Shown: positions 31,830 through 44,769 of the stretch, one piece after another
Layout: every line of letters begins with the position of its first letter
Numbering within the stretch: position 1 is the first letter of the stretch
Source: the human T2T-CHM13v2.0 reference genome, Homo sapiens
Direction: 5' to 3' (one strand)
DNA: 64,000 nucleotides
Assembly: GCF_009914755.1 (NCBI RefSeq)
Contig: NC_060928.1
Position numbers and translations under genes: made by a program
The notes under the pieces: model-generated
Told to the model about the DNA's origin: nothing
Database searches by the model: none
Seen by the model: only the letters and a program-made list of their open reading frames with translations

Positions 31830-33290
31830 AGACATAGAAAAAAATTTAGAGCATATACTTGAGGTGCGTTATGGGACCCTGCCTCAAAGGAAGTGTCTCT
31901 TCCTCAATCAATGAACTCCAGATCCATGAACAGCCTGCATTCTAGGAACTGGGTGAAAGGCTGTGTATTACTACTATTGTGATCTTGGTATATTTCTGTC
32001 CACCATACTGGGATTTTCCCCCAACTATTTAGATCAAGCAATATCTTCTAGGCTGTCAACTGAGTATTATCAGATTCACCAAATCATAAGGCTGAACACA
32101 AGTGTAATATTCCGTTACTAAGTGGGGATGATGTGTCTGAGACAGGTCCCAAGCAAGTTCAGAATATGCATGTAAACTGCATGTGTCTAGACCCACCCTT
32201 GCTGTTTTGTGGTCTTTCTTCAACTCAAATCTGTGGCTTAGTAGGAAATTCTTTATAACCAGTATGACTAGATATCTGAAGAGAAAAAAAATGAAGATAT
32301 AGTGGGTTTTTTCAAGATTTTTATGCTAAAATTTGGATAGAATATAGTATAGTTTCATTTCAAAGTGACCTTGATAGATGGCTGTAAAATAAAATGTTCC
32401 TGATAGCAACAATTGTGAGCATATAGCTGGTTGTCCACATTGGTTTGTAGAAAAACATAATTTGAGGTATAGATTTTCACTGCAAAATGAATACAGGGTA
32501 ATAATTTGACCAGTTGAAAAGAATAAGATTGGTAAGGTTGAGAAGAATAAAGTGGTCTTTGGAAGGAGTATTGGGCTGCATCTCTTGGGATGAGCACATA
32601 GTGTATAGATAGTTGTGTGTTCAAGAAATGCCCAGTAGGGGGCATCCACTGCCGAGCATGCTCTCAATAAGCAGGTGAACAAGAGACTTTGTGCCAACAG
32701 CAGAAAGTGGCTCAGAGCCTCGAGCGTGGCACAATTCCTTCAGGTGTTCAGGAGCAATTGGTTGCTATCCAGCCATCTGGTGGAAGTTGATGACTTTGGC
32801 TTCCTTAGATTAGGGAGGACCAATAGTTTGCCCTTCTGGGAATAAAAACATGGCACCGAAACAGATTTGCTTTCGTTGTCTGCATAGCTTCTGCTAGCAT
32901 CATGATCCGTTTAAGAGAATGCCTTATTCTCCATTTACTATTCCTCATAAGATTATTCTGATTCAGAATTTCACAAAAATATTTGCTTCCCATACCCACA
33001 ACCTTGCACTTGAAAGACTTAGGGGCGCTAGTCCTAAGAGAGAAAACTTTCAAAAAGGGAATGAAGCCTTAGTCCCATTAATGTAGAAGCTGAGACTTCT
33101 TCCTGGTCATTTTCAACTCTTCTTGCTACTGCACAAACAGGCGGAGATCGATTCCTATTAATAACAGGAGGTTGGTTGCTGCTATACAATGTGGACAGAG
33201 AGTTCTATATCTGGAATCCAGGGTACTCTTCAGTATACCTCTTAATAGTCCCATGATCATTTAAAAAGTCAATGAAAGCTGTGACAAAAC
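31830..33290 (+). mobile_element. ERVL/MaLR-like internal (pol/integrase) remnant
   Basis: Broken peptides PAIWW, FALLGIKT, FAFVVCIASASIMIRLRECLI and IPHKI resemble ERVL integrase (PATWWQVD...GIDT...LTECLI..GIPHSI); LLLYN...YIWNPG resembles the ERVL pol C-terminal region; left boundary approximate. Confidence 0.7.
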
Positions 33291-34641
33291 AGAACAGTCT
33301 TCTGAGAGAAAGACTAGTGGGGTTGGAAGAAAAACTACTTCAAGCAACAAAAGCTGATTAAAACTTAGCCTTGAGGCAAGGATCAAATCAAGGCTAAAGC
33401 TGTTTATTCCCATTATTAAAACCCTTTGAATGGATTAAAGTAGCACACAGTAAATCCTTTGAATTGGATAAAATAGCTCAGGGAAAAGAGATTAAAGGTG
33501 TGGATCTCCCACCTCAGCCCGATTGGCCTAGGGCCTGTAATTAAGTTGAGGGAGAGCAAGCATGGGGCAAGAAGCAAACAAATACTGTAAATCTGAGAAA
33601 TATGTCCAAAAGGAATTCTGGATGTGGTTACCGGAACATGTAACGGACTAAGTCAAACATTTTAAAAGCTGCTAAGGTTTTAAGAGAGATTACTATTGAA
33701 GGAGTCATGAGCATGAGCCAAAAAATAAAAATAAAAACCTTATTCAAGAACCAAAATAACCCTCAGTCCTTAAGTTTCTGGCAGGCCAGGAACAGGCTGA
33801 GAAAGCCGCTGAACCTCCAATGACAACATAGCATCACAGTCTCATGTCCAATTCATATATGGCCAAGAAGAATAATAAAAAAGAGGGAGGAATAAACACC
33901 TGGAAAGAGTAGCCAAGGGCCATGGGAAAAAGTTAGGAGGGGGGCCTTCTAGGAACATGAATTACTGTCTAAACAATCAACATTCTCCACTTTCCCAGAA
34001 TAAGGGCCCCTCATGACATTTGTCTAGCATGATTTTAGAATATCTACAGACCAGCGACTTCTCAGTGTTTCCCATTCTTCTGATAGTGATAGTTGTCTGT
34101 CCCTGTTCTGCCATTGCACGCTGGGGTTGAAGGTGGACGATAACTTGTCTGTACACAGATCTGCAGACCAAGAGGGAGCGTGTCTGGATGAATAGTATTT
34201 GGCATCACTTGGATATCATGGGCATCAAAGCTAGTATATGTTTTGTTGTTGGAGGGAGAGGGAGTGACCGAAAGTGCAGAGTGGTATAGTCATTAGTGCC
34301 GTTAATCAAATATTCCTTTTTTCTCCATTTGGGGCACGTGGGTCAGATTATACTTCCTGGCTAATTTGAAGTTGCTTTGACCAGTGAAATATAAGCAGAA
34401 TTCCATCTTTTCTGGATTGAAGTCGTTACACGATTTGCCACACCCTCTTTTTTTCTCTGCCATGATTAACAAGCAATATTCCATAGAATAGAAGTTCTAT
34501 TGTCCTGAGTGAGGACAGTGCTGAGGGGAGCCTCAGCCAGATTGCACACGTGGTATGAGAGAGAAATAAATCGTTGTTTTAAGCCACTACGACTTAAAGT
34601 TATTCATTATCGTCACATAACCTAGCCCATTCTTTGACTTA
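33290..34641 (+). mobile_element. MLT1 internal remnant followed by an MLT1I/J-type LTR (~34281-34641)
   Basis: LTR with gctttgaccagtgaaat..agcagaa, aataaa..gttgttttaagccact, and acataacctagccc end. Confidence 0.65.
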
Positions 34642-35384
34642 TTTACTCAAATTCAATCATTATCAGACTTGGGAGAATCTGTGACTTCCATTCGCCACAT
34701 TATTTCTCACCCTTTTTAACCTCTCAATTTTTCCTCCCCTCCATTGACAATGCTGGAAAATGCAACCTTTTCTTATCTAAAATAGCATGTTCTCCTTTAA
34801 TTATTTTGTTATTTATTACTCTTAATCTATAATTTCTACTCAGCCATTTTACCCTGGCCACATTGATGTTAGTCCTTTAGAATGTTTCTAAATAAGCCAT
34901 TTTTTACTAATGTAATAAAACTCAAACCTTTGAAAGAAGGTATGAATAAAATCTAGTTTGAACAATTCTGTGGATGAATACACATAGTTTAATGATACAT
35001 GCGTGTTTTTAAAATCAGATTGGCTATTTAAGAGTCATCAGCCTCAGGAAAACTCGCAGGGTGGGTGTCTTACATGTAAGTTTCTTCAGTCACACTTAAA
35101 ATGCATGGAAAAGAAAGGCCATCACGAACGTATCACATCGTATTATAAAGAACAGAGAGTTCTAAGCTCTTCTTTTATTCGTAATTATCATTCTACTCTA
35201 ACTCAACCCTGGAGCACCTTTGAAAATAAATCTCTTCCTTTCCATTTTTTTTCTTTCTTTTTACAGGCAATTCATATTATGCAACTATAAAAATGAGCAG
35301 AGAGCCTTCAAACATGTGAGCAAACTACAAAAAGCAAGCAACCTTGGAATTGAATTTCCTATTTCTTCAGGTACCAGGAGATAG

Positions 35385-35807
<423 letters not shown>

Positions 35808-38099
35808 CCAGTACATAGTTTTAAAGGATAACAGGGGCCACCTGTCATAAGTCCACCAAACCAACCAGAGAACTGTGAAGACTCAACTGCCACTAAAGCT
35901 GCCAGCTGTCCCATCATTTCCAAAAAGACCAGTTTTGTAGTTCCAATTTCTGAGTGTATTAGAATATCCTGAAAACTTTTTAAAGAAATAAATTACCGGG
36001 TTTCTCATTTAACCTGATAAATAAGAATTTTTTTATGGACAAGTTTTTTACAAGATTCTTAGCAGGTAACTGGGCTTGTCTTACTATTTGGAAACCAGTG
36101 TTTTATTTAGTAGACACTAAAGTTTAGTAGTTCCTAATTGGGCGGTGGGTTTGTCCAGAGAGCCTTACACTAACTCAGCTTCCTCCTTTCCCTGCACATC
36201 TCAGAGACATCATTAAGGGAAATTTTCAAGGTTTCCCTTATGTATATGAATATTCCAAAATGCCTGTAAATTTAGTTAATAATTTAGAAGTTCTATTATG
36301 ACCATGATGCTAACTGAAGACCCAGATTCTATTTTATAAAGTGTTGCTAAACTGGTTTATAGCAATAGTAATTCTCTCCTCATTTCAGGGAAACATGCTG
36401 CATATGAAAACCTCTTCAGTTTCACCCCATAACCTCAGACAACTTCCCCAGGCATAACTCCTTCCTTCTGCGGTAAGTAGCAGCCCTCTGTCATCATCAT
36501 CACTATATTCTGTCCCTTAAACTGGCATTTGTTTTATGTTTCAATAATATTAATAGTCACATATTTATACTCTGATGTTAACTTTTAATTTTAACTTGCC
36601 ATTATCTGATGGAGGTGAACTCCATTATTTTTAGTTTAAAATGTTTCTCAGTTTTCTAGAGACACACCATAAGAGGTATGTTGTGATCATCAAATGGTGA
36701 AGATTTATCCCAAGTACTTTAGCAGGATAGAATTCAAATCAAGCTTTGGATAATATACTAATGTGTTAGTGACTGTAATTAATTTTCCAATGACGCAAGA
36801 TATATTTAAAATCTAATCATTGTTCTGATAATAGCATAATGTTGGCATTATTTTCAATCATCTTAAGTGTCCTGGGGTGGAGGTCAGGGAGGGTGAGGGA
36901 GGCCATACAGTCATCATTTGTCAACCAGAATCTTTCCTTTTTTATTGTTTTATAGGGGTAGAGTTGGGTCAGAATTGAGCTGAGACAAACTTGAGAAGTA
37001 AAGTAGGAACAATTTTGCCCTACTCTTCCTTTTCTGCCAATGCACATTTCTGCTCAGCCTGCTGCTTAAATGCTGCCTCCATTTGTGGTCTGATAATGGA
37101 TTAAAGTGTTAGCCCTCTCAGGGTTATTTGTATTTTAATAATGCAAAGTACCACATGATTTTAAGAACTGCAAGGCTAACATTCTAAAACTGTCTCACAG
37201 GAATGTGATTCTGCTTCCTTCCAATGCCTCTGATGCACAACCTCCTCTCCTCTCTCCTTAAAAAAAGACCTTGAAGCAGGTTATGGACTCCCCAGCCTTC
37301 CTGGAGTCTAAGGAACATTTCCCTTTGTGGATGCTTACAGTGCAAGCCCGATTGGGTTCAAGAGTCAGGTGACTGTAGTTCATCAGCTGCTGAATATAGT
37401 TACATGCTGATGTCTATCAGAAGAAAACATAGTCAAGAGACATTTATGCCACCCTTAAATATATATATTAAGTTATTAAAGGATATAAAAATAATTATTC
37501 CACTAGCATCACTTTGCAGTGTCAAGATATATAGAGAGACACAATTCATAATTTTACACTTAATTAATGCAGAGTAATAAGCTAGTTTCTCCATAATTGA
37601 ATAACAGCCTGTGCTGAGTCTTCTGACAGGCTTTGGGCAATAAGCTTGAATGGCCTTGCTCTGATTAGTTTAAGACATGCTTGTGAGTGTCTTTTTTTTT
37701 TTTTTTTTTTGGCACAGATATGGGTGGTTTAACAGAGTATATAAATGTCAGGGAAGTCCTTTGGTTATGAACAGTGAGTCACAAAATGATTATGGACATC
37801 ATAGGTTATTTATTGTAGTTCTAGGACATTTTGGAACTATGATCATTAACATAATATAGTTGTGAATCTTTTTGGTTTTCTACATCTGAGGAATTAAATG
37901 GAAAAAGGCCATCGAAGAACTTTTCACTTTCATGCTTGACTACCTTAAAGAATCCTACATAAAATAAATCCAAATTTTATTGCTTACATTTTAGAGACAG
38001 TATTTTATGAAGATGCTTAACCACCAGGATTATAAGGACAGGCAGAGATATACAATCAAACACCAAGCTTTGCTTTATCTTGAATGGTCTAGATTAAAA

Positions 38100-38320
38100 G
38101 GTAATAATGTTCACTACTAATTTTCAAGCATATTTAATGCCAAGCACTATAAGTACATTATCTCATTTCATCCATTTAAAACAAGCCACAAAAAAGGTAC
38201 ACATCTCCCCATTTTACAGTTGAAAACATTGAGGCTCATAAAGGCTTATTTGCATACTTTCAAGCGCCTACATTTCTAAATTCAAAGCTCATGCATTTCC
38301 CTCAGTGTCATGCTGCTACT
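38100..38320 (-). mobile_element. MIR
   Basis: attatctcattt...ccccattttacagttgaaaacattgaggctca. Confidence 0.7.
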
Positions 38321-38954
38321 CTAATTATAAAAGCAGTGTGGAAGGGACAACATGAATAATTTAATTTGACTCGTGTGTTGGCTGTTTTCCAGCTAGTTAC
38401 CATCTCTTTACTATGAACTTGATTAAACAAGCCAAGCTTGGCTTAAAATAATGCTCCTCAAGCAATTTGCATCTATCTTTAAGGTTGGCAGGGAAACTGA
38501 CCTCTGCCAATCTGTTTTTGCTTATAACCATAAAACATACAAGACCTTGGATAAAACCTAAAGGGAAGAAAAATGTTTTTATTATAACAATTAAGACTTA
38601 CGCATGAGCTATTCATTAATGCCCTGAAAGTTGACTTTTTGGCATAGAAAAATACAATCAAAATTCCAGAGACATCCCAAAACTTTTCTATCACACATTT
38701 AAAACAAAGGAACAAATGAGTTAGTAGCTAAGTGAAGCAATCTCTACAGTATTAATACAGATTTTGATATATTTTAAAACTAACCTTTAACTTATTGAGC
38801 TTATGCATAGGTTATGTATCTTACTTCCTCATGGAGATATTAGCAGATTATTTTCTGAATGATTTTTTTTTTTTGCTTTGAGTTTCTTGGAATTAGAGGT
38901 GTTAAACATCCAGTATCTTAACAATCTACTTATTTTTTAATAGAAAATTATTTT

Positions 38955-40303
38955 AGCAGTGTTTAGTAGTTCTCCTTGTAGATATTTCACTTTTTTGGTT
39001 AGATGTATTCCAAGGTTTTTTTCTTTTTTTTGGTATGGCTATTGTAAAAGATTGCACTCCTGATTTGGCTCTCGGCTAGAACATTATTGGTATATAAAAT
39101 GCTACTGATTTTTGTACATTGATTTTGAATCCTGAAACTTTATTGAAATCATTTATCAGCTCCAGAAGCCCTTTGGTGGAGTCCATAGGGTTTTTTAGAT
39201 ATAGAATCATATCAACAGTTTTAAGAGAAATAATTTGACTTCTTCTTTTCCTGTTTGGAAGACTTTTATTGCTTTTTCTTTCCTGATTGCTTTGGCTAGG
39301 ACTTCCAATACCATGTTGAATAGGAGCAGTGATTGTCAGCATCCTTGTCTTGTTCCAGGTCTTAAGGGGAATGCTCCCAGCTTTTGCTCGTTCAGTATAA
39401 TATTGACGGTGGGTTTGTCATAGCTGAAAGAAACATAGATGATACAAACAAATGGAACAACATTCGATGCTCATGGATTGGAAGAATTAATATTGTTTAA
39501 ATGGCCACACTTCCCAAAGCAGTTTACAGATTAGTGTTTTCCCATCCAACTACTAATGCTGATTTTCACAGAATTAGAAAAAACTATTCTAAAATTCATA
39601 TGAAACCAAAAAAAGCCCAAATAGCTAAAACAATCCTAAGCAAAAGGAACAAAGCCAGGGGCATCACACTACCTGACTTCAAACTATACTACAAGCCTAC
39701 AGTAACCAGAGCAGCATGGTACTGGTATAAAAACAGACACGTGGCCAGGCGCAGTGGCTCATCATGCCTGTAATCCCAGCACTTTGGGAGGCCGAGGCAG
39801 GTGGATCACAAGGTCAGGAGATCGAGACCATCCTGGCTAACACGGTGAAACCCATCTCTACTAAAAACACAAAAAATTAGCCGGGCGTGGTGGCAGGTAC
39901 CTGTAGTCCTAGCTAATCGGGAGGCTGAACAGAAGAATGGTGTGAACCCGGGAGGCGGAGCTTGCAGTGAGCCAAGATTGCACCATTGCACTCTAGCCTG
40001 GGCGACAGAGCGAGACTCTGTCTCAAAAAAAAAACCAAAAATGACATGTACACCAATGAAACAGGATAGAGGACCCAGAAATAAAGTCCCACATCTATAA
40101 GTATCTGATATTTGACAAAGTTGATAATAACAAATAGGACAAAGACTCCCTATTCAACAAATGCTGCAAGGACAACTGGCTAGTCACATGCAGAAGAATG
40201 AAACTGGGCTTATCTCACAATATACAAAAATTAATTCAAGATGGATTGAAGACTTAAATGTAATACCTCAAACTATAAGAATCCTAGAAGAAAACCTAGA
40301 AAA
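38955..40303. mobile_element. Old primate L1 ORF2 fragment with 5' inversion (minus 38955-39423, plus 39424-40303)
   Basis: Minus ORF with [26 protein letters not shown]; plus ORF with [20 protein letters not shown]; strand switch at 39423/4. Confidence 0.92.
39743..40034 (+). mobile_element. AluY-like, inserted in L1
   Basis: gagatcgagaccatcctggctaacacgg and ggagcttgcagtg; degenerate TSD aaaaacagacacgt / aaaaatgacatgt. Confidence 0.93.
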
Positions 40304-40359
40304 CCATGACAGTCCCCAGTGTGTGATGTTCCCCACCCTGTGTCCAAGTGTTCTTATTG
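40304..40359 (-). mobile_element. ~55-bp antisense L1PA 3' UTR snippet
   Basis: ccccagtgtgtgatgttccccaccctgtgtccaagtgttcttattg. Confidence 0.8.
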
Positions 40360-42719
40360 AGGTTGAACATTTTTTTAAACACTTTCATAAATTTGTGTTT
40401 TCAGAAGAAATTCAGAATGGGAGCAAACCTTGCATCCCTAAATTTTGTAATTAGGCTAAACTAAATGAGGTGAAATTTAACAGAAAGTTTTACTATCCGG
40501 AAGAACCACTGGCATTTCCTCTCATAAATGTTTCTTGATCTAACTTTTATATTCACAGGAAGAAAGTTTTCATGTTGATTTACCTATCAGTTTGGACAGC
40601 TTCTAATTTTACATTTCAAATAAATGTTACCTCTTGCCTTGATCTTACTTTTCATATTCACATTGTCAGTCTTCACCCTTGTCACCTATGTAACAACAAT
40701 ATAATCCATCATTCACCCTTTTCAGATGGGCGTTTCAATGACATCACATTCTCAAAGTGACCCCTTCTCTCAAACGAATTTTGTTTCGTGGTTTGTTTTT
40801 TTACAAACTACTGTCAAACATTCTCATTGCTTGAAAATATGGAGATAGCTATATGATGTTTGGAGCATGTAAAAGCACAGCAACTAACTTCTTCCTCTGA
40901 TTCACCAAATGTACAGAAAACACTATATAAACATTTTAGGTTTAAAGACGTGGGGATCATAAAGTGAAAAGATATTGTTTTGAAGGTTTTACTTTATTTG
41001 AAGATTAAAGTGGTACAATTTAAAATATTATGTCTCTGTGAAGATAATAAATGATCATATATTAAATTTTATATTATACATATAAGTATCATAAAAATAA
41101 CTTTTAAAACTGTAATTTTTAGAATCTACCAAGAACCAATGAATTCACATCAACATTAAGACATCTATTATAAAAAACATAATTTCAGATTTATTGCACA
41201 TATATTATATATGCAAACATATTATAAATCGCACATATATATTGCTCGTAATAAATATATGCATGTATTAAAGGAGATTTATATACTTATATTAAAGAAA
41301 ATTTTTATGTTTCCTTCCTGTACCAAAAATATAATTATTATATGCAACAATTCTTTTGAGATCTTCATAGTAGAGAGAGAAGAATGCTGTTTTGTATTAA
41401 ATTTTGGTGCAATTTATGTAAAGAGAGTTGCAATGCACTTTTTTTTCAGATAAGATGTTATTGTTCTCAGCAGGTAAAATTATTTAGTCCCAGGTTGTCT
41501 GTTTGACACTAACTTCAAAAAATATGAAAGTGTGAGTTTTTATGTAAATTTACACAACTGAATGACTATATATATTTTACCATACTCTACAAAATAGTTG
41601 ATATAAAAATAATATAACTTATTTATGGACAAAGAATCAATGAAATGTTATATGCAGATTGGACCCTGTAGATCAAAGTGCCCCAACTTATACCCTGCAC
41701 AATAGTCCTCTCATCATATTCAATGATTCCAAACATAACCAACCCTCCTCACTATCATTCTCCCTTCACGGTATTTATTTCCATTTGAGTATATGTGATG
41801 ATAACAAAATAAGTAGAATATATCTCTGAGCATTCAAGACATCATGATTTGGTGAAAATAAATTAAAAATCACTGTACTAAATTAAAATAAATTTCAAGA
41901 TGGGCTAGATGATGTTTGGGAACAGAACGAATACCGCAAAATTCACTCCTTTAAGTGTTTTCACAAGTGGAAAAATGTGGACCAAAATAATGATGCTATC
42001 TGAATTCTTTATGTTTTGATCTAGTTGGTATGTTCATTGTCAATAAAAGAAACCTAAAACCACACCAAATGGCAAAATGTTAATACATAACTTCAAATTT
42101 GAGTGTTTAACATGTCTTAAATGCTGCTGTAAAGCTGAAATCTTGGGAATTTTAAACAGACTTTTCTTTCGGTAACATATAGCTACTGGTTGCTTCGAAG
42201 CAAGACAAAATCCATAGTTCATTAGGCCAGATATAGGGCACTGTCAATGGGAACTGAGAAGAAGACACTGAGACAAGAAGCATATTCTGGAAAAAAAGAT
42301 AGAATATCTTAGACTATAGCACTTAATGCAGTTTTACAAGAATTATCATAGGGTTCAGCTTTCTGTCAAATAGAAACTGAGCTCTCAGTTCAGGTCTTCT
42401 TGAAGAAATTATTCTCACTAAAATATATTTAAAATTCTTCTGACTTTGTCACAACACACAGAATGCTGATGAGAGAGATAACGTACCATGTTTTCTTCAC
42501 ACAGAGCATTTGCAATATGAATCTCTACAGTGATTCCCAAGTTAAGGATTAAGGCACTCAACATTTTGCAAAGTATAATCAAGGAATCATTTTACATTAA
42601 AATAACAATGATTTAAATTGAACCTTAATATTCACATTTGCACAAACTAAGAGTTTTCTGTATCCAGAGTGACCACAACTAGGTAAACAATCCCCTTACA
42701 TTACCAAGTCAAAAGTATA

Positions 42720-42945
42720 GAGTTCATGTGGCTGCAATGTCAAGACTGATTTCTCAAACCCAGCACTGTCACTTCCTAGCTGTGGGTGAGCCACTTCACT
42801 TTCCTGAGCCCCAGTTTCTTTCAAAATGGCATTTTAAAGAGCAACCTACCTCATTGTGTCATTTTGAGTATTAACTGATATTTTGTAAATCATTTAACAC
42901 AGAGCCTAGGCAATAGGTAGTCTTCAAACATATTAAGTATTTCTA
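42720..42945 (+). mobile_element. MIR
   Basis: cacttcctagctgtg...cctgagccccagtttc..aaaatgg. Confidence 0.75.
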
Positions 42946-44146
42946 TTTTTTAGTAGGGCTTAATTATTTCAGAATATAACAACATTTACAATACTGGGGC
43001 ATTAATGAACTTATTAAACCTAATATCGTTGTTAAACAAGGTTATAACTATAATCACACCTTCTGGCACATACACTCTAACATTTTGTTCACCCTTTCTC
43101 AGTTGGTAGAACACTATTTGTCCCAAGTACATCCACTTAATTGATATTTATTAAAACAATAAATATAATATATTCAGTATTTTCTACTTATTTTTGACTA
43201 GAAAACAACACAAAAAAAACAAATAAACAATCACACATTCTACGTAAACTTCCTTGGAGCCAATGCTAGGTAGGGAGGTGATATACTTTGTTCCACATTT
43301 TCATTCACTGTCCCCAGAACTCTCACTCTCTCTTGATCTTGTCACCCTGGGGCTAGAAGAAAAAGAAGACTTACATCCAGAGAGAAGGGAAGGAAGACAG
43401 TAAGAGAGGTCACCCTATAGTCACACCCACAGAAAGTGAAGATATTCGCAAACAATGCATCTGACAAAGGACAAATATCCAAAATCTACAATGGACTCAA
43501 ACAAATCAGCAAGAAAAAAATACAAATAATTCCATCAGAAAGTGGGCAAAGGACATGAATAAACAATTTGCAAAAGAAGATAAACAACTGGCCAAGAAAC
43601 ATATGAAAAATACTCAACATCACTAATTATCAGGGAAATAAAAATTAAAACCAAAATGAGATACCACTTCACTCCTGCAAGAATGGCCATAATTAAAAAG
43701 TCAAAAAATAATAGATGTTGGCATGGATGTAGTGCAAAGGGAATACTTTTACACGGTGGGTGGGAATGTAAACTAGTACAACCAGTATGAAAAACAGTAT
43801 GTAGATTCCTTAAAGAACTAAAAGTAGAACTACCATTTGATCCAGCAATCCCAATACTGGGTATCTACCCAAAAGAAAATAAGTCATTATATTAAAAAGA
43901 CATAATTCACAACTGTAAAAAATACGGCACCAGCCTAAATGTCCATCAACCAATGAATGGATAAAGAAAATGTGATACATACATATATATATATATAAAT
44001 CACAGAATACTACTCAGCCATCAAAAGGAATTACATAATGGCATTCACAGCAACCTGGATCATTGCTCTAAATGAAGTAACTCAGGAATGGAAAACCGAA
44101 TATCATATGTTCTCACTTATAAGTGGGAGCTAAGCTATGAGGATGC

Positions 44147-44518
44147 TGTACTAGTCCATTCTCATGTTGCTATGAAGAATATCCAAGACTGGATAGTTTA
44201 TAAAGAAAAGAGTTTTAATTGACTCACAGTTCCACATGGCTGGGGAGGCCTCAGGAAACTTACAATCATGGTGGAAGGGGAAGCAAATGAATCCTACTTC
44301 ACAAGGTAGCAGGAGAGAGAACTGCCAAGCAAAGGGGAAAAAGTCCCTTATAAAGCCATCAGATCTCATGACACTCACTCACTATCAGGAGAACAGCATG
44401 GGGGTAACCACCTCCATGAATCAATTACCTCCCACCAGGTCCCTCCCACAAAATGTGGGAATTATGGAAACTACAATTCAAGATGAGATTTGGGTGGTGA
44501 CACAGCCAAACCATATCA
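44147..44518 (-). mobile_element. THE1 (MaLR) solo LTR
   Basis: tg...ca ends, ggggaggcctcaggaaacttacaatcatgg, perfect 5-bp TSD gatgc at 44142 and 44519. Confidence 0.95.
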
Positions 44519-44769
44519 GATGCAAAGGCATAAGAATGATATAAGGGACTTTAGGGGCTCATGGGGAAGGGTGTGAGGAGGGTGAGGGATAAAGGACTAT
44601 ATACTGGGTCCAGTGTTATGGAAACTACAATTCAAGATGAGATTTGGTTGGTGACACAGCCAAATGATATCAGATGCAAAGGCATAAGAATGATATAAGG
44701 GGCTTTAGGGGCTCAGGGGGAAGGGTGTGAGGAGGGTGAGGGATAAATGACTATATACTGGGTCCAGTG
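44462..44769. repeat. 154-bp tandem duplication across the THE1/L1 junction
   Basis: ttatggaaactacaattcaag...ctgggtccagtg at 44462 and 44616. Confidence 0.96.
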
